NCBI GenBank assembly: GCA_965233585.1
Contig: CBDDTI010000747.1
Span: forward strand, 640,001 to 704,000
Length of the DNA stretch: 64,000 nucleotides
Origin: a bacterium
Lineage (GTDB): Bacteria; SAR324; NAC60-12
Direction: 5' to 3'
This document shows, in pieces, positions 1 to 7,330 of the stretch. The position numbers and the translations under genes are program-made. Positions within the stretch are counted from its first letter, which is position 1; each line of letters starts with the position of its first letter. The notes under the pieces are model-generated. The model did not search any database. It saw nothing but the letters and a program-made list of their open reading frames with translations, and had not been told where the DNA came from.

Positions 1-1
1 G

Positions 2-115
2 CATGAGCTAGACCACCTCAATGGCATCTTGTTTATTGACCACCTACCTCCTTTGCGTCGTTCTATGGTCAAGAAAAAGCTCATCAAGTATGCGAAGCAA
101 AATAGTGCAGCGTAA
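2..115 (+). CDS. def: Peptide deformylase, 3' end (partial, starts before window)
   Basis: Frame 2 reads [37 protein letters not shown], containing the PDF metal motif HExDHLxG. Not in ORF track. Confidence 0.9.
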   Translation, partial: HELDHLNGILFIDHLPPLRRSMVKKKLIKYAKQNSAA

Positions 116-551
116 ACTGCTTGTTCTTCTTGTCTTTTATGCGACGGCGTTGTTTGGGAAAGAACAGCATTTTAAGTATATTCATGCCCAAATCACGTCT
201 CCCAATGGTGAAGTCGTTCAAGTAGAAGTAGCAGACACTGAGGCAAAACGGACTCAAGGTTTAGGATTTAGAGAGGCATTGCCTGTTGGAAAGGGAATGT
301 TGTTTGTGTTTGACAAAAAAGCACGTTATGGATTTTGGATGAAAAATATGAAGATTGCCATTGACATCATTTGGTTGAATAATCATCAAGTGGTTGACGT
401 CTTGCACAATGTCCAGCCTCCAGAAACCCCTCAAACGACTCTCAAACCTTTTTATCCTAAAACAGATGCTAATTTTGTTCTTGAACTTTCTGCAGGAGAG
501 GCAAGGCGTCTTGGCTTCCAAACAGGCAGTGTGGTCGGTTATCAATTTTAG
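90..551 (+). CDS. DUF192 family exported protein
   Basis: Motifs VEVADT..RTQGL.FR, GMLFVF, FWMKNM..AIDII, VLEL.AG. Likely start ATG 90 (MRSKI) followed by a hydrophobic signal, overlapping the def end. Confidence 0.85.
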   Translation: MRSKIVQRKLLVLLVFYATALFGKEQHFKYIHAQITSPNGEVVQVEVADTEAKRTQGLGFREALPVGKGMLFVFDKKARYGFWMKNMKIAIDIIWLNNHQVVDVLHNVQPPETPQTTLKPFYPKTDANFVLELSAGEARRLGFQTGSVVGYQF

Positions 552-583
552 ATTTTTAGACACTGGCTTTAGATTTTTAGACA
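547..583. repeat. 16-bp direct repeat TTTAGATTTTTAGACA x2 (21-bp period) abutting a TTGACA at 584
   Basis: Copies at 547-562 and 568-583, read directly. Confidence 0.7.
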
Positions 584-666
584 TTGACAAACCTTTGCAT
601 TCCAAATGGCACAGAATTTGACATGTCTCTGTTTATTTTTTAGATGTTATTTTTTCAAAGCTCATT

Positions 667-1479
667 ATGTCAGATGAACGCAGGAAGTATTTAAGAGTTT
701 TTTTTGAAGAGACCATTCAAGTTGAAGCACAAAGTTGGTCAGACCCGATGGCAACAGGTCTTGATATTTCTCTCAATGGTGTCAGATTCCATTGTGAACG
801 TTCTCTGGAAGTGGCTGAAGAAGTCGCCATCGTTTTTCCCCCAACGTTAAAACTGGTTGGTCAAGTGCGTTGGTGCTGGCCTATTGAATGGTATTATCAA
901 GCCGCTGTTGAATTTAACACTGCAGATGTGGATCAAAGCCTTTTTCGTCAGTACATTATGGACGCAACAGGTGAGCCATACCCCGAATATATTGATGAAG
1001 GAGATGATGAGTTTGAAGAGGAAAATCTTAGTGAGACAGAAGGCGATGTTTTTCTGCCAGAGGTAGAAAAGTTTGAGGAGTTACCTACTGAAAATCTGAG
1101 TCCTTTTTCATTCATTGATAAAAGAGTGCTTTTGATTGAACCGCATTATGCAAGACAAGACAAAATCCGTGAATACTTAACCGAACGTTGTCAATTTTTT
1201 GTAGAAGTTTGTGAAGATTATTCGGTGGGTTTAGACTCTTTCCATTTCTCCCCTCCCGATGCAGTGGTTTTAAGCTGGACAGACGAAAATGCCACCATTG
1301 CTCAAATCCAAAAATTCAAAGACTATGACCCAGAATCAAAGATTATTGTGTTAGCAGGATTAATTTCTTTGGAATCTCGTTTGCGGTTGCTCCATTTAGG
1401 GGCATCTGATGTCCTGACCTTCCCTTTGCAAATTGCCTCTGTTGCACAAAGCATACTGGTTCATCTTGATCGGACATAA
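667..1479 (+). CDS. PilZ domain + acidic linker + degenerate receiver domain protein
   Basis: RRKYLR (RxxxR) and DISLNG (DxSxxG) PilZ motifs. C-terminal VLLIE..DAVVLSW..IIVLAG..GASDVLTFP has a CheY-like pattern. Confidence 0.75.
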   Translation: MSDERRKYLRVFFEETIQVEAQSWSDPMATGLDISLNGVRFHCERSLEVAEEVAIVFPPTLKLVGQVRWCWPIEWYYQAAVEFNTADVDQSLFRQYIMDATGEPYPEYIDEGDDEFEEENLSETEGDVFLPEVEKFEELPTENLSPFSFIDKRVLLIEPHYARQDKIREYLTERCQFFVEVCEDYSVGLDSFHFSPPDAVVLSWTDENATIAQIQKFKDYDPESKIIVLAGLISLESRLRLLHLGASDVLTFPLQIASVAQSILVHLDRT

Positions 1480-1482
1480 ACC

Positions 1483-1812
1483 TTATTCTCGCCTGTCTCC
1501 AATCCTTTCATCAGGTCTTGTCACCTCACTAATACGAATGCCGTAACGTTCGTTGACAACCACAATTTCACCACGTGCCATGAGGCGGTCGCTGATGATG
1601 ACATCCATAGGCTCTCCCACAATCTTTGTGAAGGCAATGACAGAACCCTCTTTTAAATTCATCACGTCACGAATGGACATTTCTGTGCGACCAATTTCTA
1701 CACTCATCAGCATTGGTATATCTCCAAGAAACGTAATACTATGAAGGGCTTCATCTTCAACATCTTTGTTCAAAAAACGGATTTTTCCGCCTAATACATC
1801 AGTTTTTGCCAT
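1483..1812 (-). CDS. fliN: Flagellar motor switch protein FliN (SpoA domain)
   Basis: DIPMLMSVEIGRT..IRDVMNL.EGSVI..GEPMDV..ARGEIVVVNERYGIRISE is the FliN consensus. Confidence 0.9.
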   Translation of the reverse strand: MAKTDVLGGKIRFLNKDVEDEALHSITFLGDIPMLMSVEIGRTEMSIRDVMNLKEGSVIAFTKIVGEPMDVIISDRLMARGEIVVVNERYGIRISEVTRPDERIGDRRE

Positions 1813-1907
1813 TGTCTGACTCCATCTGTGAGTTGTTCAAAAAATAAAAGAGATTATAGGCAAAGTCTGTGATTGTCAAGAGCATCACACATTGTTTAAA
1901 TTAGAAT

Positions 1908-2423
1908 ATGCCTACTCACGCTTGTCAGTCGGTTGCTGTTTATCCTATCAGTGCGAACCCGCCAACATGGGGGCATGCAGAAATCATGCTTCGTGCCTCT
2001 ACTTTGTTTGACTGTGTGTATTGGGCAGCTGCCATCAATCCCAGTAAAGATTATCTTTTCACACCTACACAACGTGTTGCCATGATGCAAGAATATGTGA
2101 ATCATTATCAGCTCAGTCATGTCAAGGTGGAGTACTACACAGGCGGAACAATCCGCTATGCTCAATCTAAAGGGGCAAGGTGCATCATTAAAGGATTGAG
2201 AACTGTGTCAGACTTTCAAGAGGAGCTAGAACAATCTGTTGGAAATCGGGGCATTGACAGCTCCATTGAAACGATTTGCATGTTTGCACAACCTGCTTTG
2301 TCTGTCATCAGCTCAGGGTTGGTGAGGGAGCTTGCCATGCTCGGGGAGTCTATTGACCGCTATGTACTGGATTCTGTTGCAAAAATGGTCATTCGCAGCG
2401 TCAAAAATACTAAAACAGAATGA
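1908..2423 (+). CDS. coaD: Phosphopantetheine adenylyltransferase
   Basis: AVYP..NPPTWGH, KGLRTVSDF..E, ISSGLVRELA. Confidence 0.9.
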   Translation: MPTHACQSVAVYPISANPPTWGHAEIMLRASTLFDCVYWAAAINPSKDYLFTPTQRVAMMQEYVNHYQLSHVKVEYYTGGTIRYAQSKGARCIIKGLRTVSDFQEELEQSVGNRGIDSSIETICMFAQPALSVISSGLVRELAMLGESIDRYVLDSVAKMVIRSVKNTKTE

Positions 2424-2613
2424 AGGTGTTTAATGAAAATGTTTAATGAACAAGCCTCTTTCATTATTGCTGTCGCTTTTCAAGGGAACTGGAAAGACTC
2501 TAATTTTCATTTCGTTTTAAAAGTTGCTATGTTATTGTCCAGCGCTTGACCAAAAAGATTTTGAAAAATGTCAGCAGCCAACATTGTTTAACTATTATTT
2601 CTAGGAGTAAGTT

Positions 2614-2868
2614 ATGAAAGCAAAAATTTTAGCAGAAGATAAGAAGATAGAACTATCAGAGGAGTTAACCAACTATTTAGAATTTCACGCTAAACATCAA
2701 GGAATTAGTTTGAGTCATTTAATTTTAAATGCTCTTCAGGAAAAATTAGAAGATATGGAAGACGAAATTTTAGGACAACAGGCTTATGAGGAATACGAAT
2801 CCTCTAAAAAAGCGGGAACACTTGAATTAGTGAGTTGGGAGGAAGTCCAAAAAAGTATAAAAGACTAA
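2614..2868 (+). CDS. Antitoxin of type II TA pair (RelB/ribbon-helix-helix-like)
   Basis: 84 aa acidic protein, A..QGISLS.LI..AL.EKLED.ED pattern, directly upstream of a RelE-like gene. RBS AGGAG. Confidence 0.75.
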   Translation: MKAKILAEDKKIELSEELTNYLEFHAKHQGISLSHLILNALQEKLEDMEDEILGQQAYEEYESSKKAGTLELVSWEEVQKSIKD

Positions 2869-2878
2869 ATAACTTTTT

Positions 2879-3148
2879 ATGTATAAAATAAGTTTTACTA
2901 AACAGGCTCAAAAGCAATTTGAGAAATTAGACAATCAAATTAGAAATCAAATTGTGAAAGATGTAGAAGCAAAACTAATTCAAGATATAGAGACCTATTT
3001 ATTACCTTTGAAAGAAGTAGCTTTACATAAATTTAGGTCAGGAAATTATAGACTTATTTGTAAAAAACAAGATAAAGAATTGATAGTTTTAGTTGTAAAA
3101 GTGGGACATAGAAAGAATGTTTATGAGAATTTAAATAGACTTGTATGA
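2879..3148 (+). CDS. relE: RelE/ParE family toxin
   Basis: MYKISFTKQAQKQFEKLD...KFRSGNYRLIC....VLVVKVGHRKNVY. Confidence 0.85.
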   Translation: MYKISFTKQAQKQFEKLDNQIRNQIVKDVEAKLIQDIETYLLPLKEVALHKFRSGNYRLICKKQDKELIVLVVKVGHRKNVYENLNRLV

Positions 3149-3185
3149 AGACACAGGAGGTTTGAGAAGGTCCAAACAAGAAAGA

Positions 3186-3214
3186 TTTGTGATGACAAGT
3201 CAAGTCATCACAAA
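3186..3214. terminator. Hairpin TTTGTGATGAC-N7-GTCATCACAAA (copy 1 of 3)
   Basis: 11-bp perfect inverted repeat downstream of a lipoprotein gene. Confidence 0.6.
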
Positions 3215-3237
3215 AAAAAGATGAAGCAAGGAAAGGA

Positions 3238-3828
3238 TTATCTGGAGAAGTGGAGTTTTGTTGTGATTCCTGCCCGAGAGATCAGTCTAACATCATCTTC
3301 AAAATAGAGGATATCTGGGGTTGCTCCATTTTTAACTTCTACAAGGAAGCCATCATCAATGCCTTCGGTGATAATTTTGATTGACGCAAATTTTTGATGA
3401 GTAAACATATCAGCAAACCCCACAGGGCATTCTTCCCTCAGAAAAACCTTTGTCAGCTTTTTTACAAAGCCATTATCATTGATTCCTTGCCACTGAAATG
3501 CAGGATTGTTTGAATCACAGGACATTTTGTACGTGTCTCCATTGAAATCAACTGATCCTTTGCCTACATACTTGACGTTAAATGTAGAATCCAGTACCCA
3601 TTCCACTTCAACACCAAAAGTGCTACCTTCGTTCAACTCCAAAGTAACACTATTGCCCTCTATCTTGGTCAGTTTGAACGTTCCGTCCCCCAAGTCAAAG
3701 TCTCTGGTCTCCTCGTCATCTTCTTCTTTTGCACATGATGCAAGAGCAAGAGGAATAGCAATGAATCCAATCATGCAAGATTGCTTGAGCCATTTTTCAA
3801 CACCAAATTTTTTTAGCAAGTTTTTCAT
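3238..3828 (-). CDS. Lipoprotein, paralog 4 of tandem array (unknown family)
   Basis: Lipobox LASC, acidic tract, shared TRDFDLGDGTFKLTKIE motif. Confidence 0.85.
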   Translation of the reverse strand: MKNLLKKFGVEKWLKQSCMIGFIAIPLALASCAKEEDDEETRDFDLGDGTFKLTKIEGNSVTLELNEGSTFGVEVEWVLDSTFNVKYVGKGSVDFNGDTYKMSCDSNNPAFQWQGINDNGFVKKLTKVFLREECPVGFADMFTHQKFASIKIITEGIDDGFLVEVKNGATPDILYFEDDVRLISRAGITTKLHFSR

Positions 3829-3889
3829 TTATAACCTTTTTATGATAACAGTTTAAGATTCAGCACCAAACTAATGATGATGAATCAGG

Positions 3890-3918
3890 TTTGTGATGAC
3901 AAATCAAGTCATCACAAA
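3890..3918. terminator. Hairpin TTTGTGATGAC-N7-GTCATCACAAA (copy 2 of 3)
   Basis: Part of duplicated intergenic spacer. Confidence 0.6.
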
Positions 3919-3938
3919 AAGATGAAGCAAGGAAAGGA

Positions 3939-4538
3939 TTATCTAAAGAAGTGGAGTTTGATTGTGTCGTTTGCTGCAAAAGGTCGCAAAGTCCCATTCT
4001 CAAAATAGAGAACGTTTTGTTCTCCATCATTTTTGATTTCTACAAGGAATCCATCGTCAATGTCTTTGGTGATGATCTTGATTGATTCTTGTTTCTCAGG
4101 TCGGAACACATCAGCAGGACCCACAGGGCAATCTCGTAAGAAAAAAGTTTTTTCTGTAGCGGCTTCTTCTACGATGCCATCACTATTGATTTTTTTCCAC
4201 TGTAGCTTGCCAGTGACATCAGTGCTACAAGACATGGACAGAGTCGTGCCATTTGCAGCATTAAATCCTCCCTTGCCGACATACTTGAAGTTAAAGGCAG
4301 ATTCTGTTTCCCAATCTACCTCAATGCCAAAAGTGCTACCAGCGTTCATTTCAAAAGGACGACCACCGGTTTCTATCTTGGTGAGTTTGAACGTTCCATC
4401 TCCCAAGTCAAAGTCTCTGGTCTTCTCATCATCATCTGTGGCACATGCTGACAAAGCGAGAGGCATGGCGACAAAGCCAATCGTGCAGGATTGTTTGACC
4501 CATTTTTTCAACACCGAATTTCTCAAAAAATTTTTCAT
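3939..4538 (-). CDS. Lipoprotein, paralog 3 of tandem array
   Basis: Lipobox LSAC, same conserved motifs as neighbours. Confidence 0.85.
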   Translation of the reverse strand: MKNFLRNSVLKKWVKQSCTIGFVAMPLALSACATDDDEKTRDFDLGDGTFKLTKIETGGRPFEMNAGSTFGIEVDWETESAFNFKYVGKGGFNAANGTTLSMSCSTDVTGKLQWKKINSDGIVEEAATEKTFFLRDCPVGPADVFRPEKQESIKIITKDIDDGFLVEIKNDGEQNVLYFENGTLRPFAANDTIKLHFFR

Positions 4539-4595
4539 TGATGACCTTTTTATAATAATGGTTAAAGTTAAAACAAAGATTAATTAAAAAATTAA

Positions 4596-5213
4596 TTATG
4601 GACGCAAAAAGTAAAGCTTGGCAGAAGCATTTGGTTGAAAACCTTCACTATCTACCAGTGTTTGACCATTGACTCCCTTAAAAACAATCGTGTTCGCTAC
4701 TGCATTATTTTTAAGTTCCACATGGAAGCCATCTTCAATGTCTTTGGTGATAATCTTGATTGACGCAAAGTCTTCAAGGCTAAACATATCGGCAAACCCA
4801 ACAGGGCAGTCTGTAGCTAGAAAAGCATTTTCTCTTCCAATTTCTTCTACGATGCCATCACCATTGATTTTCTTCCACTGTAGCTTGCCAGTCTTGTCTG
4901 AATCACAAGACATTTTAAGTGTGTTACTACCGACGTTGATAGACCCTTCGCCAACATACTTGAAGTTAAATGCAGAATCTTTGACCCAATCCACTTCAAC
5001 GCCAAAAGTACTCCCCTCGTTCAATTCAAAAGTACTACTACTGCCCTCTATCTTGGTCAGTCTGAACGTTCCGTCTCCCAAGTCAAAGTCTCTAGTGTCG
5101 TCATCATCATCTGTTGCACATGCTGCTAGAGCGAGAGGCATAGCGACAAAGCCAACCGCACAGGATTGCTTGACCCATTTTTTCAACACCGAATTTTTTA
5201 GCAATTTTTTCAT
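4596..5213 (-). CDS. Lipoprotein, paralog 2 of tandem array
   Basis: Lipobox LAAC, same conserved motifs. Confidence 0.85.
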   Translation of the reverse strand: MKKLLKNSVLKKWVKQSCAVGFVAMPLALAACATDDDDDTRDFDLGDGTFRLTKIEGSSSTFELNEGSTFGVEVDWVKDSAFNFKYVGEGSINVGSNTLKMSCDSDKTGKLQWKKINGDGIVEEIGRENAFLATDCPVGFADMFSLEDFASIKIITKDIEDGFHVELKNNAVANTIVFKGVNGQTLVDSEGFQPNASAKLYFLRP

Positions 5214-5274
5214 TTATATCCTTTTTTATGATAATAGTTAAAGATTCAACACCAACTAATGATGATGAATCAGG

Positions 5275-5303
5275 TTTGTGATGACAAATCAAGTCATCAC
5301 AAA
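5275..5303. terminator. Hairpin TTTGTGATGAC-N7-GTCATCACAAA (copy 3 of 3)
   Basis: Part of duplicated intergenic spacer. Confidence 0.6.
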
Positions 5304-5324
5304 AAAGATGAGGCAAGGAAAGGG

Positions 5325-5924
5325 CTACCTAGAAAAGTAAAGCTTAGCAGAAGCATTTGGCTCAAAGGTACCTCTAACACCATTCTCAAAATAGGTTGTG
5401 TTTTGAACTGCATTATTTTTGAGTTCTACATGGAAGCCATCTTCAATGTCTTTGGTGATAATCTTGATTGACGCCAAGTCTTCAAGGCTAAACATATCAG
5501 CAATCCCCACAGGGCAGTCTGTAGCTAGAAAAGCATTTTCTCTTCCAATTTCTTCTACAATGCCATCACCATTGATTTTCTTCCACTGTAGCTTGCCAGT
5601 CTTGTCTGAATTACAAGACATTCCTACTACATTGCCGTTAATATCTATTGACCCTCTGCCGACATACTTGAAGTTAAAGGCAGACTCTGTTTCCCAATCT
5701 ATCTCAACACCAAAGTCACTGCCGCTGGTTAGTTCCACACTAACACCATCCGCTTCCACCTTGGTGAGTTTGAACGTTCCGTCTCCCAAGTCAAAGTCTC
5801 TGGTCTCCTCATCATCGTAATCTGAGGAACATGCTGCGAGAGCGAGAGGCATGGCAACGAAGCCGACCGTCCAAGATTGTTTGATCCATTTTTTCAAGAC
5901 CGAGTTTTTCAGTAATTTTTTCAT
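5325..5924 (-). CDS. Lipoprotein, paralog 1 of tandem array
   Basis: Lipobox LAAC, same conserved motifs. Confidence 0.85.
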   Translation of the reverse strand: MKKLLKNSVLKKWIKQSWTVGFVAMPLALAACSSDYDDEETRDFDLGDGTFKLTKVEADGVSVELTSGSDFGVEIDWETESAFNFKYVGRGSIDINGNVVGMSCNSDKTGKLQWKKINGDGIVEEIGRENAFLATDCPVGIADMFSLEDLASIKIITKDIEDGFHVELKNNAVQNTTYFENGVRGTFEPNASAKLYFSR

Positions 5925-6075
5925 TTATACCTTTTTTATGATAACATTTTAAGATTCAACACCGAGTCATCAAACAATTCTACCATGCCACAAAACATAT
6001 TCCAATCATACGAAACTTGGCGCAAAAAGTGTGGCGGATCCGTCGTCTTTCAAGACATAGTGCCAGCCACTAAGA

Positions 6076-6201
6076 TTATTTGTTTCCTTGAATGACTTTG
6101 TTTTTTCCTTTTTTTCTTTGGATTTCTTGCCATGCACCATAGCAAGTAATACTGACACCAATAATTGCAACGCTTGATACAAAAATGGTAGCTATTGTCA
6201 T
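6076..6201 (-). CDS. 41-aa single-TM microprotein with basic tail (MTIATIFVSSVAIIGVSITCYGAWQEIQRKKGKNKVIQGNK)
   Basis: Hand-translated. ATG overlaps the TGA of 6198..6383 (ATGA coupling). Not in ORF track. Confidence 0.55.
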   Translation of the reverse strand: MTIATIFVSSVAIIGVSITCYGAWQEIQRKKGKNKVIQGNK

Positions 6202-6383
6202 TGACTTTCTTTCTTTTCCAAGAGGTAATAAAAAGCGGTACATAGAATCATACTCACACCACCAATCATTAGCAAAATATATGCTTCATTCAAGAATTTA
6301 GATTTTTCAGAGGCAATGTAGTTCATTGATCCACCAGTTAAACCTGCCATGATTCCAATATAAACCAAGACTAAACTCTTCAT
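6198..6383 (-). CDS. 61-aa two-TM small membrane protein
   Basis: RBS GAGGA before ATG, two hydrophobic segments, paralogs nearby. Confidence 0.65.
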   Translation of the reverse strand: MKSLVLVYIGIMAGLTGGSMNYIASEKSKFLNEAYILLMIGGVSMILCTAFYYLLEKKESQ

Positions 6384-6501
6384 TTCCTCAAATCATTCAA
6401 CTTTAGTTCTTAACAGATCTCTTCCAAACAGTGTCAATGAATGTCTTTCTTTTTTTCTCTGGATTTCTTGCCGTTGGTTCAGAAAATCAAATCAGACGTT
6501 T

Positions 6502-6603
6502 CTAAGACTTAGGTTTTTGATTTTTCTTGTTTTCTATTCTTGCGGCTTGTATCACAAATCCAGCCATCAGTAATCCGATGCCTATGATGATGATGCTATT
6601 CAC
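6502..6603 (-). CDS. 33-aa single-TM microprotein with basic tail (MNSIIIIGIGLLMAGFVIQAARIENKKNQKPKS)
   Basis: Hand-translated. GTG start with GGAGAGGA RBS, overlapping the end of the upstream paralog. Confidence 0.55.
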   Translation of the reverse strand: MNSIIIIGIGLLMAGFVIQAARIENKKNQKPKS

Positions 6604-6774
6604 TTTCCTCTCCTTTTGTGTATGCAATGGTACAGATGGTATATGGGATGATTCCTACAATGAGCAATACCCATGCTTCATTGTAGAATCTATTTTTTCA
6701 GAAGCAACGTAGCTAATTGCTCCGCTGATCATTGCGAACGAAAACACGATGTGTGTCAGTATGAAAGTTCTCAA
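6596..6774 (-). pseudogene. Frameshifted paralog of the 61-aa two-TM protein
   Basis: ...ISYVASEK / NRFYNEAWVLLIVG..ICT..ESE* aligns to MNYIASEKSKFLNEAYILLMIG..LCT..ESQ if one A is added in the A6 run (T6 at 6693-6698). Confidence 0.65.
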
Positions 6775-6920
6775 AACAAAATCCCAAAAAAGAAAAAACC
6801 AAAGTTTTTGCATGTGTTATTAGTTTGTCAAGGGTGACATCTGTGTCACTCGTGTAACCTTGACAGCACTCATTACATGCTATCATTGATGGTTTTCCTT
6901 GTTTATAAGCGTAAACAAGA

Positions 6921-7010
6921 TTACTTGCTGGGCAAGTCTTTTTTCTTTGCCAACCAAAGGCAAGAAAACAGCAATATTGTCACTCCTATCGCACTAATTG
7001 TTAGTATCAT
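6921..7010 (-). CDS. 29-aa single-TM microprotein with basic tail (MILTISAIGVTILLFSCLWLAKKKDLPSK)
   Basis: Hand-translated. Overlaps the end of 6994..7185, in the same position as in the other units. Confidence 0.5.
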   Translation of the reverse strand: MILTISAIGVTILLFSCLWLAKKKDLPSK

Positions 7011-7185
7011 TTTTATACTCCAAAATAAAACAGACATTCACAACGACAAAGTTAATTGCACAGAAAACTAATGCGACAAAACCATGTTCAACAAATCTTC
7101 CATCAGGATTAGAAATAATCCAGCCCAGTATTGCTCCAAAGGCTGAACCCAGCATGCCAATCCAAAGTAATAACCATGCTTTCAC
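6994..7185 (-). CDS. 63-aa two-TM small membrane protein
   Basis: MKAWLLLWIGMLG..G...WIIS has the same architecture as 6198..6383. Confidence 0.55.
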   Translation of the reverse strand: MKAWLLLWIGMLGSAFGAILGWIISNPDGRFVEHGFVALVFCAINFVVVNVCFILEYKNDTNN

Positions 7186-7330
7186 AAATGCAACATTCTA
7201 AACCTTAACATAAAACAAGACTAAACTCTTCATCTCCTCAAATCACTCACCGCCAGTCTCTTCTTAACAGGGCTTCTTCAAAGGCACAAAAAACTAAAGC
7301 AAAGCCATTCTAGCAGTTAAAAAAGTCTTG

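Noticed and set aside
21..89. ORF-track start for the DUF192 gene at 21
   Set aside because: It overlaps the def coding frame. ATG 90 gives a normal signal peptide.
608..623. TGGCAC-N5-TTGA as a sigma54 promoter for the PilZ gene
   Set aside because: The conserved -12 GC is GA, and nearby TTGACA hexamers offer an alternative explanation.
3186..5303. Repeated palindrome as a possible CRISPR repeat or MITE
   Set aside because: Copies are 700-1400 bp apart and are part of the duplicated gene unit. There are no spacers, cas genes or target-site duplications.
3506..5820. Long plus-strand ORFs (3506..3856, 4033..4587, 4669..5241, 5419..5820) that resemble each other
   Set aside because: They are antisense shadows of the four lipoprotein genes, and their similarity is inherited from the real genes.
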